A DNA stretch of 64,000 nucleotides from an uncultured Anaerolineales bacterium (GTDB lineage: Bacteria; Planctomycetota; Phycisphaerae; FEN-1346), in NCBI GenBank assembly GCA_964461715.1, contig CAYWVR010000001.1, positions 80,784-144,783 on the forward strand, given 5' to 3'. This document shows positions 17,375-27,338 of this stretch, piece by piece (positions within the stretch are counted from its first letter, which is position 1; each line of letters opens with the position of its first letter). Position numbers and translations under genes: made by a program. The notes under the pieces are model-generated. The model saw only the letters and a list, made by a program, of their open reading frames with translations, made no database searches and had not been told where the DNA came from.

Positions 17375-18448
17375 TCAGCCGCCGTCGTACGCTTGGCGGC
17401 AGGCATCGACGAACGCCTCGATGTTGGCGATGGGCACCTCAGGCTCGAGGGTGTGGGTGGGCGAGAGGATCAGGCCGCCTCGGGCGCCGTACCGCGAGAC
17501 GCACTCGCGGACCCGGCGGTGGACGTCCGCGGGCGTGCCGAACGGCATCGTCGACTGCGTGCCGATGCACCCGTCGAAGATGAGCCGGTCGCCCCAGCGG
17601 CGATGGACCTCGTCCCCGTCGAGGCACTCCGGCTGGAGGGGGTTCAGGATGTCGAGGCCCATCTCGATCATCTCGCCGATGATATGGAAGATGTTCCCGT
17701 CGCTGTGATAATGGATGCGGAGGTCAGGCTTGATCTCTTTGGCCGCCCCCCAGACGCGGGCCCAGCGGTTCCCGATGAAGTGCCGCCACATCTCGGGGCT
17801 GAACATGAGCGACTTCTGGTTCCCGACGTCGTCGCCGCAGTAGACCGCGTCCAGGCCGTGCTCGGCCGCGAGGCGGGCCGTGACGAGGTTGTTCTCGGCC
17901 AGCCGCTCCAGCAGACACTCCGCCCACGCGGGCCGCTCGATCATGTCCATCAGGAACGGCTCGTAGCCCCGGATCTGCCACGCGATTTCGTACATGTGCC
18001 CCGCCCATGTGCTCGTGGGGCGACCCTCGGCCCGGGCCTTCGCCACCGCCTCGGGGTAGTGGTCGGCCGTGTAGGTCGAGAGGTCGGGCAGGGGGTAATC
18101 CTCAATCTCGGCGAGACTCGTGGCGTTCCGGAGCGGCGAGACCGTCCCGATGAAGTGATATAGCCCCGCCGGCACCCGGGCCACGCCCCGTCCGTCAATC
18201 CGCGTCCCCGGCGGCAGTTCGACGCCGTGCCAGTAGCGATCGTAGTCGATCGGTTCGGCCCCCTCGGGGGGGCGCGGGGTCATCCGCCACGACGAGAAGC
18301 ACCCGTAGTGCCGCGCGATGTCCCCCTCGCCGCCGACGTGGTCCTTGAGCCGCCGCTCGAGGTCCGGCGTGCAGGAGAAATGGTAGAGCAGGCGGTCGGG
18401 CCGCCGGTGGGCGACCGTGTCGAGCCAGACCTCGCGATCGGTGGGCAT
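17375..18448 (-). CDS. Uroporphyrinogen decarboxylase (URO-D/CIMS-like) family protein
   Basis: GDDVGNQKSLMFSP, HSDGN, LNPLQP, GCIGTQSTMPFGTP, GGLILSPTH motifs. Confidence 0.9.
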   Translation of the reverse strand: MPTDREVWLDTVAHRRPDRLLYHFSCTPDLERRLKDHVGGEGDIARHYGCFSSWRMTPRPPEGAEPIDYDRYWHGVELPPGTRIDGRGVARVPAGLYHFIGTVSPLRNATSLAEIEDYPLPDLSTYTADHYPEAVAKARAEGRPTSTWAGHMYEIAWQIRGYEPFLMDMIERPAWAECLLERLAENNLVTARLAAEHGLDAVYCGDDVGNQKSLMFSPEMWRHFIGNRWARVWGAAKEIKPDLRIHYHSDGNIFHIIGEMIEMGLDILNPLQPECLDGDEVHRRWGDRLIFDGCIGTQSTMPFGTPADVHRRVRECVSRYGARGGLILSPTHTLEPEVPIANIEAFVDACRQAYDGG

Positions 18449-18531
18449 GCGATCCTCCGAAACGGATTCCTCTTGCGCCGGGCTGCCGCCGGATGGTACC
18501 CTGAACCCGTCCCCGAGGGAAGGAGAGGCTC

Positions 18532-18948
18532 ATGAAATCCCATCGCAAGGAGCTCTGGTTCCGCACCGACACCCGCCGGGCGTACCTGAACATCACCCCC
18601 CGGGTCCGCGAGGCCTTGGCCGAAAGCGGCGTCACGGAGGGCCTGTGCCTCGTCTCGGCCATGCACATCACGGCCAGCGTCTTCATCAACGACGACGAGC
18701 GGGGCCTGCACCACGATTTCGAGGTCTGGCTCGAGCGCCTCGCCCCCGAGAAACCCCACAGCCAGTACCGCCACAACAACGGCGAGGACAACGCCGACGC
18801 CCATCTCAAACGCTCCGTCATGGGCCGCGAGGTCGTCGTTGCCGTTACGGGTGGCGAGCTAGACTTCGGCCCATGGGAGCAGATCTTCTACGGCGAGTTC
18901 GACGGCAAGCGCAAGAAACGTGTCCTCGTAAAGATTATCGGGGAATGA
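18532..18948 (+). CDS. yjbQ: YjbQ/UPF0047 secondary thiamine-phosphate synthase family protein
   Basis: [31 protein letters not shown]; GGAGAG SD. Confidence 0.93.
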   Translation: MKSHRKELWFRTDTRRAYLNITPRVREALAESGVTEGLCLVSAMHITASVFINDDERGLHHDFEVWLERLAPEKPHSQYRHNNGEDNADAHLKRSVMGREVVVAVTGGELDFGPWEQIFYGEFDGKRKKRVLVKIIGE

Positions 18949-19025
18949 CGTCGGCCCGCTCCACTTTCGCCGCCGGCGACCGGATACCCCTTCCTGCGAG
19001 CTTGCCGGCACAATGGCCGGGGCTC

Positions 19026-19298
19026 TCACGTGCGCCGGAGCTGCTCGCGGTATTCGGTGGGCGTGAGGTCGAGATAGCGGCGCAGGAGGATGCCTATGCG
19101 GGTGGGGCTGGAGAAGCCGGCCGCGTCCGAGACGTCCTGGATCGCGTCGGAGGTCTCGCGCAAGAGCCGCATGGCTCGTTCCAGATGGGCCCTGTGGACC
19201 TCCTGAAGGGGCGTACGGCCCAGGGCACGGCGAAACTTCTGCTCCAGCCGCCGGCACGATCTCACCACCGCCGAAACCACGTCTTGCACGCGGATGTC
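19026..19298 (-). pseudogene. C-terminal AraC/XylR-type HTH remnant
   Basis: DIRVQDVV...RRLEQKFRRALGRTPLQEVHRAHLERAMRLLRET...AAGFSS...LTPTEYR; the N-terminal sensor domain is absent. Confidence 0.7.
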
Positions 19299-19440
19299 GC
19301 GGTCGGCAACGACACCTTCGACTTTGAGTACAGCACCGATGGCGGTGCGAACCGGGCCAGCCTCTACGGCGGGGCCCTGGGAAGCAGCGCCAGGCTCGAC
19401 CATCTGGTTCCCATCGGCTCGCCCGCCCATCGACCGGACC

Positions 19441-20457
19441 CTACGTCTTCAGATCGTACATTTCCGCCGTCACGACGTGCTTCAGGGGCTCCCCCGCGGC
19501 GAAGCGGCGTAGGTTCTCGAGGACGAAGGCGGGTACGCGGCCGCGGGTGTAGTAGCGGTATCCACGCGGACGGTTCGGCGCGAAGTAGGACCCGGCGCCC
19601 GCCCCGACTCGGTGGCACGTCAGGATCGTCCACGGGTGCTTTGCCGGCGGCGAGCCCGGCCAGTTCCCCTCGTCGCAAATGACGTCCAGGGCGGCCAGAA
19701 TCCGCCCTTGCTCCACGAGAAGCGCCAGGGCCTCCTCGTTCACGATGCCCCCGCGGGCCGTGTTCACCAGGATGCCTCCCTGCGGCAGGAGCTCCAGGAG
19801 TTCCCGCGTCACGCTACCCCGCGTCTCGTCCGTCAGGCCGCAGTGGAGGCTGACGATCTGGCACGTGGCAAAGAGCTCGCGGAGCGTGGTGCAGCGGCGG
19901 ACGTCGTCGGAAAGATCGGCCGCGTAAGGGTCGTAAACCGCGATTCTCGCCCCGAACGGCCGCAACAGGTCTGCCATGTGCCGCCCGATGGGCCCGAACC
20001 CGTAGAGCCCGACGTCGCGCCCGCGCAAGGTGGGACGATACTCCTGGTAGACGCACCCGTGGGCTTGGCCGCGCGCGACGGCCGAGAGGGCCGGCAGTTG
20101 CTTGAGCTGGGCGAGGAGCATGGCCAGGGCCCCCTCGGCGATGTTCCAGACCTCGTTGCCCCAGTTCGTGACCACCAGCCCCGCCTCCAGGTGCGCCTTT
20201 GAGACGATGGGCCGCACCGAACCGGCGACGTGGCAAACGTACTTCAGCCGCCCGAGGTCCTCGGCCAGCTCCGGCGGGAGGCGCGGCGAGCGGTGGCTCG
20301 TGACCACGACGTCCGTCTCCCGCAGCCGCGACAGGAGCGTTTCCGATGGCCAGGACTCCCAATCGCGCATGTCCACCGGCCGGTAGGCGTCGGCCAAGTC
20401 GCCGAGGTCCTCGGGCCGCACCCGCTGGTCCTTCATGAGAAGACCCAGAATCAGCAC
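19441..20457 (-). CDS. D-isomer-specific 2-hydroxyacid dehydrogenase family protein
   Basis: GTG 20457 after a GAAGGG SD; GLYGFGPIG, SLHCGLT, NTARGG, ALDV, CH motifs. Confidence 0.88.
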   Translation of the reverse strand: MLILGLLMKDQRVRPEDLGDLADAYRPVDMRDWESWPSETLLSRLRETDVVVTSHRSPRLPPELAEDLGRLKYVCHVAGSVRPIVSKAHLEAGLVVTNWGNEVWNIAEGALAMLLAQLKQLPALSAVARGQAHGCVYQEYRPTLRGRDVGLYGFGPIGRHMADLLRPFGARIAVYDPYAADLSDDVRRCTTLRELFATCQIVSLHCGLTDETRGSVTRELLELLPQGGILVNTARGGIVNEEALALLVEQGRILAALDVICDEGNWPGSPPAKHPWTILTCHRVGAGAGSYFAPNRPRGYRYYTRGRVPAFVLENLRRFAAGEPLKHVVTAEMYDLKT

Positions 20458-20550
20458 GTCGCGTCCCTTCTTCCCTTTGTTCCAGGAAAGCGGCCATTGT
20501 AGCGGCGGCGGCCTTCGGTTACCATTGGTTCTCCCGGGCGAGGAAGAACC

Positions 20551-21357
20551 GTGATACGCACGTCGTTCTGCACCATCGCGTTCCAGAAGAACAAGTGGGG
20601 CCGCGATCGGACCGTCGAGGCGCCGCTGGTGGAGATCCTGCCCGTCGTGGCCGAGGCGGGTTACGACGGGGTCGAGATCTGGGGCCCGCATGTCGCGGAT
20701 CTCGACGAAAAGGGCCTCCAGGCGGTCGAATCGGCTCTTCAGGCAGATGGCCTGGCCGTCGCCATGGTCTCGCCGTACTTCGATTTCACGACCGACGGGG
20801 ACCGCGCCGCGGCGAGCGTGGCCGAGGGCCGAGCCCTCGTGCCGCCGGCCCGGCGGCTCGGCTCGCGGGGCATTCGCTGCTTCACCGGTCGCGTCGGCAG
20901 CGAGGAGGCCACGGAGGAGCAGTGGGTGCGGACCGTGGCCTGCCTCCGCGATCTGGCCGATGGCGCCCCCGACCTCCTCTGGGCCCTCGAAACCCACGAT
21001 CGGAACCTCGTGGACACGATTCCGGCGGCCCTCCGTCTGGTCGAGGAGGTGGACCGCGCGAACGTCCGCCTCATCTTCCAGCCGGGCACGTTTCCGGAGG
21101 CGTATATGGAGGCTTGCCGGGCCCTCGCCCCGGTCTCGTGCCACGTCCACGCGACGAACCGGGCCGGGGGCGGGAGGAGCGGCCTGGAGGCCGGAGACAT
21201 GGATTACGGGGCGGTCTTCGCCTGCCTCGCCGAGGCCGACTTCGACGGCTTCGTCTCGGTCGAGTGGATGGGCGAGGATCCCGCCGGAGCCGCGCGGCGG
21301 GAGGGGCCGTATCTGAAGCGTCTTGCGGCCGAAACGGCCCGGAAGGGGGCTTCATGA
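20551..21357 (+). CDS. Sugar phosphate isomerase/epimerase (xylose isomerase-like TIM barrel)
   Basis: AGYDGVEIW, LETH, HVHA, FDGFVSVEW. Confidence 0.88.
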   Translation: MIRTSFCTIAFQKNKWGRDRTVEAPLVEILPVVAEAGYDGVEIWGPHVADLDEKGLQAVESALQADGLAVAMVSPYFDFTTDGDRAAASVAEGRALVPPARRLGSRGIRCFTGRVGSEEATEEQWVRTVACLRDLADGAPDLLWALETHDRNLVDTIPAALRLVEEVDRANVRLIFQPGTFPEAYMEACRALAPVSCHVHATNRAGGGRSGLEAGDMDYGAVFACLAEADFDGFVSVEWMGEDPAGAARREGPYLKRLAAETARKGAS

Positions 21358-24300
21358 GGGTTTTCGCGCTGGCCGCCCTCCTCGCCCTGGCCGTCTCGGC
21401 CCTCGCCGCGGAGCCCGAGGGCGGGGTCCTGATCCGCTACGGCGTCCCCCGGGACGCCCTTGTCACGATCAACGTGACCCGGCCCGACGGATGGGTCGTC
21501 CGCGAGCTGGTCGTCGCCCGGCCCCACAAGGCGGGCCTGCACGAGGCCTTCTGGGACGGTCGCGACAACCTCGGCCGCATCCTCCCGCCCGGCGAGTACC
21601 GGTGGCGGATGCTCCATCACCCGGGCTTGGCGTGGCCGCACCTCGTGAGTTTCGGCAACAGCGGCACGCCCCCGTGGCGGACGGCCGACGGGACGGGCGG
21701 ATGGGGCGGCAACCACGGCCAGCCCGTGGCCGTCCGGGCCGATTCGAGCGGCGTGTACCTGGGCTGGTCCTCGACGGAAGGGCCCGCGGCCCTCATGAAA
21801 CGCACGCCCGACGCCTCTCGGGCCCTCTGGGGACGGGCCGAGTTCGGCGATTTCGGGGGCGTCACCCGCCTCGCCGGCGACGGCGAGCACATCTTTGCCG
21901 CCCGGCCGGACATGCTCTGGAAGCTCGATCCGACCACCGGCGAGACGGTCGCCGAGGTCCCCCTGGCCGATACGAAGCCGCCCCCGGACGCCGAGCCGCT
22001 CTTGGCCGACCCGACGGACATCTCCCACACGTTCCGCCCTCGGCCGGGCAAGGAGGCCATGATCTGGGGTCTGGCGGCCGGAAACGGGCACGTTTACGTC
22101 TCAAACCCCTGGCAAGACCGCATCGACGTCTTCGACGCGGCGACGCTGACGCCCCGGCCCGAGCGGGCCGTCTCCGTGCCCCGGCCGCGCGGCCTGGCGA
22201 TGGGGCCGGAAGGGGTGCTTCTGGCCGTCAGCGAGGGCCGCGTCCTCGCCGTGGACCTCGAGACGCGACAGGCCAAGCCGCTCGTCGCCGAGGGCCTCGA
22301 CGCCCCCTTCGACGTCGCCCGGGCCCCGGATGGTAGCCTTCTCGTCACGGACTGCGGCACGCACCAGATCAAGCGTTTCTCGGCTCGGGGGAAGCTTCTG
22401 TCGACCTTTGGAGGTGAGGGCGGGGGCCGCGACCTGACCGAGGGCGGCCCGTTCGTGGCCGAGGACTTCCGCTACCCCGTGGCCGTCGCCGCCGCCTCCG
22501 ACGGGAAGCTTTGGGTGGCCGAGGACATGATCCCGAAACGGATCGCCCGCCTCTCGCCCGAGGGCCGGGTCCTGTATCAGGGCTTCGGATCGGTCAACTA
22601 TGCCGCGACCGTCGCTCCGAACCCGAAAGACCCGTCGGAGGTCTTCTCGACGATGTGGGGCCTCTTCAGCGCCCGCATCGACCCGTCCGAGGGCACGTGG
22701 CGGATGGGCCGCATCCTCCGCCGCCGCTGGGGCGAGGGCGGACCGGGCGTCCTGGAGGGGGCCCGCATGGACACCAAGCCCCATCGCCTGATCCCGCGCG
22801 GCGAGGCCCTGTATCTCTGGAGCGGCCGGGCACTCTATCGTGTGGAGGCGGACCACCTGAAGCCCATGATGTGGTTTCGGCCCCGCCTGCTCGATGCACG
22901 GCCCAACGGCATCGACGTCGACTTCCCGGAGCCCGCCCGGAGCCGCCTGCTGGCCCTCCAGGCGGAGCGCGGGCTCGGGGGCCGGGGCTCACGCAGCCAC
23001 GTCATCCTCTGGACCGACGAGAACGACGACGCGGCCGTCCAGGCCGAGGAAGTCCGTTTCCATGCCCTGCCGGAAGCCATGGGCCGCCTCCACTTCGGCT
23101 CGCGGGACATGGCCGACGACCTGGCCCTGGTGACCGTCGGGGCCGTCTGGCGGCCCTATGAGCTGACGCCGGGCGGCGTGCCTCTCTATCGGCCGGAGGA
23201 GATCGAGGCGGCCTCGGAGGCCGACCGCTTGCGGCCTTTTGCCGGGGAATCGCCCCACCGGGGACGGGACGGGGGATTCTACGCCCTCATTAACCGCCAT
23301 AATCCCACCCTCCCGTTCGGCCAGGGCTTCTGGTCCAAGCGCGACAGCGAGAACTACGTCGTCGGCTTCGGCCCCGACTGGATCGTTCGCTGGGCCGTCG
23401 GCCGTCATGCCGTCGGTAAGGCCGACCGCCCCGGCGAAATCTACCACCTCCACCACATCGCGGGCGAGGCCGCCGGCTGCGTCTTCGCCGTCGATGTTGA
23501 GGGCGGTACGCACGTGGTGCACCGCGACGGGCTCTACGTCCAGCGGCTGCTCCGAGACCCTCGGACCGACCGGGAGCGCGGTCCGGATCGCATCGATTGC
23601 GAGAACTTCTCGGGCGCGGTCTTTACGGACCCGGAAACGGGAAGAGTGACGTACTACGCCTCGGACACGGGTGCCAGCCACGTTTTCGAGGTTCGCGGCC
23701 TCGATGAGATCAGGGTCACGGAGCCGCAGCCCGTGACGCTCGAGGCCCCGAGAATCGGCCTCGCCGCCCGGGCTGCTCGCGAGCTGGAGGTCTACTCGAT
23801 TCGCCGCGTCCCGCCGGGGGCGGCGGTTGAAGCGCGGCACGGGCTTCTGCCGACCTCCAGCATCGACTGGTCGCGCGACGTCCCCGCCGCCGCGATCCAT
23901 CGTAACGGCGTCCCGGCGGCCGAGATTCGCATGCTTTACGACGATACGATGCTCTACGTCCACGCGCACGTGCTCTCGGAGACGCCCTTCGAGAACCGCC
24001 GCCTCGAAGGGACCGAGGTCTTCGACGTCCAGCGGGCCGGCCATACGGTCGAGGTCCTCCTCGGGTGCGACAGCCGGGCCTCCGCCAGGCGCACGGAGCC
24101 CGTCCGGGGGGATATGCGGCTCGTTTTCGGGCAGGTGGTAGGCAAGGGCGAGGGGGCCGTCGTCATGCAGCCTGTGGCGGATTTGGAGAGCGAGATGCCC
24201 GTCGCACGACGCTATGAGGGGGCCCCGAACCGCACGCTGCGGCACGTGGGATGGTTTTCCGGGGCCCAGGCGCGGGTCGACCGGCCCATTCAGGGCAATG

Positions 24301-24680
24301 GCTACGTCCTCCAGATGGCCATTCCTCTGGTCCGGCTCGAGTCGCTGGCCCGGCCGGCCCCGAAGGACGACATCGTCGACCTCGTCGAGGGGCTCCTGGA
24401 GGCCGAGGAGACCGCCGATCGTCTCCTTCCCGGCGAGGAGGCCGATTTGGCCACGCGAGGCACCCCCGACCCGAGGAACGTGCCCGGGCGCAAGATCCGC
24501 TTCGACGTGGGCGTGACGTGGGTCGGCGCGAACGGGAGCCGCGAGAAGGCCTTCTGGATGGGCCGCCACGCCGAATCCGCCTCCACCGGAGGCCTTGCCG
24601 CCGAGGCTTGGCTCTACCCCTTGGCATGGGGCTGGGCGAAGTTCGAGCACCGCACCAGCGCCCCCGGCGACGGAGAGTAG
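21354..24680 (+). CDS. Exported FlgD-Ig / NHL beta-propeller protein with C-terminal CBM9-like domain (1108 aa)
   Basis: ATGA-coupled start at 21354; signal peptide; WDGRDNLGRILPPGEYRW (FlgD-Ig); NHL repeats (PFDVARAPDGSLLVTD, YPVAVAAASDGKLWVAE); YDDTMLYV...GYVLQMAIPL. Confidence 0.8.
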   Translation: MRVFALAALLALAVSALAAEPEGGVLIRYGVPRDALVTINVTRPDGWVVRELVVARPHKAGLHEAFWDGRDNLGRILPPGEYRWRMLHHPGLAWPHLVSFGNSGTPPWRTADGTGGWGGNHGQPVAVRADSSGVYLGWSSTEGPAALMKRTPDASRALWGRAEFGDFGGVTRLAGDGEHIFAARPDMLWKLDPTTGETVAEVPLADTKPPPDAEPLLADPTDISHTFRPRPGKEAMIWGLAAGNGHVYVSNPWQDRIDVFDAATLTPRPERAVSVPRPRGLAMGPEGVLLAVSEGRVLAVDLETRQAKPLVAEGLDAPFDVARAPDGSLLVTDCGTHQIKRFSARGKLLSTFGGEGGGRDLTEGGPFVAEDFRYPVAVAAASDGKLWVAEDMIPKRIARLSPEGRVLYQGFGSVNYAATVAPNPKDPSEVFSTMWGLFSARIDPSEGTWRMGRILRRRWGEGGPGVLEGARMDTKPHRLIPRGEALYLWSGRALYRVEADHLKPMMWFRPRLLDARPNGIDVDFPEPARSRLLALQAERGLGGRGSRSHVILWTDENDDAAVQAEEVRFHALPEAMGRLHFGSRDMADDLALVTVGAVWRPYELTPGGVPLYRPEEIEAASEADRLRPFAGESPHRGRDGGFYALINRHNPTLPFGQGFWSKRDSENYVVGFGPDWIVRWAVGRHAVGKADRPGEIYHLHHIAGEAAGCVFAVDVEGGTHVVHRDGLYVQRLLRDPRTDRERGPDRIDCENFSGAVFTDPETGRVTYYASDTGASHVFEVRGLDEIRVTEPQPVTLEAPRIGLAARAARELEVYSIRRVPPGAAVEARHGLLPTSSIDWSRDVPAAAIHRNGVPAAEIRMLYDDTMLYVHAHVLSETPFENRRLEGTEVFDVQRAGHTVEVLLGCDSRASARRTEPVRGDMRLVFGQVVGKGEGAVVMQPVADLESEMPVARRYEGAPNRTLRHVGWFSGAQARVDRPIQGNGYVLQMAIPLVRLESLARPAPKDDIVDLVEGLLEAEETADRLLPGEEADLATRGTPDPRNVPGRKIRFDVGVTWVGANGSREKAFWMGRHAESASTGGLAAEAWLYPLAWGWAKFEHRTSAPGDGE

Positions 24681-24715
24681 GGCCCTCCAGAGGCCCCTAC
24701 GAGGCCTTTCGCGGC

Positions 24716-26626
24716 CTACTCCAGTTCCGTCCCGACCTCTTCCCACTCCCGCCAGAGTGCCTGGAGGCGCTCATCGCCGGAGGCATACTCGGCCCCGAGG
24801 GCGGCGACGCGGTCGGTGTCGGCGGCCTCGCCGGCCTGTGTGATGGCCTCGGAAAGCCGTTCGAGGTCGGCTTCGAGGGCCGTGATTTCGGCCTCCAGGG
24901 CCGCATGGCGTTCCCTCAGGCGTTCGATGCGGGTTTCGCGGCGGCGCCTTTCGCGGATGGCCGCCCGACGCTCGGCTTCGCGGCGGGCCTTGGCCTCGCG
25001 GGAGGGGCCCTTCGAGGAGGCGGCGGCCTCGCGCCGCCCCCCCCTCCATCGTACGTATGCGTCCCAGGACCCCAAGATGTCGTGCACCGACCCGTCCTCC
25101 AGGGCCCAGACCCGCGTCGCCACGGCCTGGATCAGGAACCGGTCGTGGCTGACGAAGAGCACCGTCCCGTCGAACCCGCGGAGGGCCTCCTCCAGCACCT
25201 CCACGCTGGGGATATCCAGGTGATTCGTCGGTTCGTCCAGGGCCAGCAGCGTCGCCTTCTGGGCCGCCAGCCGCGCCAGCACCACGCGGCTCTGCTGGCC
25301 TCCGGAGAGGTTCCGGACGGGTTTCAGGGCCTCTTCGCCCGCCAGGAGCACCGATCCCAGCAGCGTCCGGGCCGCCTCCACCGTCAGGCCCGGCGCGCCC
25401 GCCCGGACCGCCTCGACGGCCGAATCCGCCGCATCCAGCTCCCCGCGGTCCTGCGAAAGGTACCCCACCGCCACGCCCGCCCCGTGCTCCACGTGCCCCG
25501 AAAGCGGTCTCAGCATGCCCAGAAGCGTCTTCAGCAGCGTCGTCTTTCCGCTCCCGTTCGCCCCCACGATGGCGACCCGCTCGCCCCGCGTCACCTCCAA
25601 CCGCTCGGCCCGCACCAGGGGCTCCTCGTACCCCGCCGCCAGGTCCGTCGCCCCCAACATCTTGTCCCCGGTCCGCCGGGCGGGCACAAGATGGAGGTGG
25701 ATGTCGTCGTGTCGCGGAGGGCGGGGCATGGCCTCCTCACGCAGGAACCGTTCGAGTTGCGTGCGGCGGCTCTGGGCCTGCGTGGGGTTGGCCCCGGCGA
25801 TGTTGCGGCGGATGAAGTCCTCGGTCCTGGCGATATGGGCCTGCTGGGCCTCCCAGCGGCGTATCCGTTCCTTGTGGCGGACCTCCCGTTGCTCCAAATA
25901 CGCCGCATACCCGCCCCGATAGGCCTCCAGGCCCCCAAACGCCACTTCCCACGTCCGCGTCGTCGTCCGGTCGAGGAAGTACCGATCGTGGCTGACGATC
26001 ACCATGGCCCCGCCGGCGGTCCCCAGCCACCCTTCCAGCCACTCCACCGCTTCCAGGTCCAGATGGTTCGTCGGCTCGTCCAGAAGCAGTAGGTCCGGCC
26101 CCTCCACCAGCAGCCGCGCCAGGTACGCCCGCGTCCGCTGGCCCCCCGACAAACGGGCCAGAGGACGGTCCCAGAGCCCCTTCTCGAACCCGAGGCCCGT
26201 CAGGACCTGCTCGATCCTCCGCCGGTAGTCGTAGCCGCCCAAATGTTCGAATTCGGCCTGCAAACGCCCGTAACGCGCCAATCGAGCCGCATCCCCGTCC
26301 CCCAGCTCCCCCGCCAGCCGCTCCAGCTCGCGCTCCCGCCGCTGCAGGTCCGCGAAGACCCCCCGCAGCACCCCCGCCAGCGTCGTCCCCTCCAAGGGCG
26401 GCGACTCCTGCGGGAGGTACCCCACGACGAGCCCCGCGGTCCGGTGCACGGACCCGTAAGTTGGTTCCAGATCGCCACTTATGAGTCGAAGGAGCGTCGT
26501 CTTGCCCTCGCCGTTTCGGCCCACGAGGCCCACCCGATCCCGCTCCCCCACCGCGAACGAAATGCCCGCGAGGACCGGCCGCCGGGCGTAGAGGTGCGTG
26601 ACGTTCTCTCCGATGACGAGCGACAT
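24716..26626 (-). CDS. ABC-F family ATPase (Uup/YdiF-like) with C-terminal coiled coil
   Basis: Two NBDs (GRNGEGKTT, GANGSGKTT, LSGGQ x2, DEPTNHLD x2), no TM helices; start at ATG 26626. Confidence 0.93.
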   Translation of the reverse strand: MSLVIGENVTHLYARRPVLAGISFAVGERDRVGLVGRNGEGKTTLLRLISGDLEPTYGSVHRTAGLVVGYLPQESPPLEGTTLAGVLRGVFADLQRRERELERLAGELGDGDAARLARYGRLQAEFEHLGGYDYRRRIEQVLTGLGFEKGLWDRPLARLSGGQRTRAYLARLLVEGPDLLLLDEPTNHLDLEAVEWLEGWLGTAGGAMVIVSHDRYFLDRTTTRTWEVAFGGLEAYRGGYAAYLEQREVRHKERIRRWEAQQAHIARTEDFIRRNIAGANPTQAQSRRTQLERFLREEAMPRPPRHDDIHLHLVPARRTGDKMLGATDLAAGYEEPLVRAERLEVTRGERVAIVGANGSGKTTLLKTLLGMLRPLSGHVEHGAGVAVGYLSQDRGELDAADSAVEAVRAGAPGLTVEAARTLLGSVLLAGEEALKPVRNLSGGQQSRVVLARLAAQKATLLALDEPTNHLDIPSVEVLEEALRGFDGTVLFVSHDRFLIQAVATRVWALEDGSVHDILGSWDAYVRWRGGRREAAASSKGPSREAKARREAERRAAIRERRRRETRIERLRERHAALEAEITALEADLERLSEAITQAGEAADTDRVAALGAEYASGDERLQALWREWEEVGTELE

Positions 26627-26684
26627 GGCCCGAAGGATACGGTCCGGCCCGCCCGATGTCCATGCCCCATCGGGCGGCCTCGTC

Positions 26685-26730
26685 CGCGTTGCCCATCTGC
26701 CACGCGACGCGTTGCCCATCTGCCACGCGA
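26685..26730. repeat. Perfect tandem duplication of 23 bp
   Basis: CGCGTTGCCCATCTGCCACGCGA twice (26685-26707, 26708-26730), upstream of the ABC-F start. Confidence 0.9.
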
Positions 26731-27141
26731 GGCGTTTCCCGAAGTCAACGCGCGGTCGTGATCGCGATTCGCAGCGCGATACTTGATCGACGGGAAACGC
26801 GGACCTTCCACCCCCAACATATGGGGGGCGCCCAACTGCGCGGCGGGGCCTACTCTGGGTATCGGTTTCGATGCTCAGGTGTACGTGTGGCGGGATTCGT
26901 GAAACGTTTTATCCCTAAGCGACACACTTTTCGCGACTTTTTGGGGGGTACCGGGGGGGTAAGCGGGGGTGAAGCGGGTACTTCTTGCACGTTTTCGGGG
27001 GTTTGTGACGACGAACTTGGGCGTGCGCGGCGTTGCCGTGTCGCGGAGGCGTAAGGGGTTTCCGTGAGGGCGGCCACAAGGTCGAAGGTCGCGTCCTTCC
27101 CCTGGACAGCTCGCCTCGCCGGACGGATGAGACCTCGACGG

Positions 27142-27288
27142 ATCGAGGGCGCCGGCGAACGTCAGGTTGTGCGCCGCGCCTTACGACCAGAGCACATCGA
27201 CGCTGCCGGGCTCAAGGGGGAGGTCCTCGAAGTCGCAGGCGAGCGGATGAATGCGGTCCGCCAGGCCGCGAGCCCGGGCCGCATCCAT
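27142..27288 (-). pseudogene. Class I SAM-dependent methyltransferase remnant with nonsense codon
   Basis: Hand translation: MDAARARGLADRIHPLACDFEDLPLEPGSVDVLWS*GAAHNLTFAGALD. TAA at 27181-27183 sits where Glu of the WSEGA motif is expected. Confidence 0.7.
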
Positions 27289-27338
27289 GGCCCGTCGCGA
27301 CCCTCACCGCATCCCTCTTCCGTCCAGGGCGAGGGGGC

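Noticed and set aside
26685-26730. Possible CRISPR array
   Set aside because: Only two abutting 23-bp copies, no spacers and no cas genes.
26860-27060. Possible oriC or dif site
   Set aside because: No cluster of DnaA boxes (only one weak TTATCCCTA), no XerC/D consensus and no dnaA nearby.
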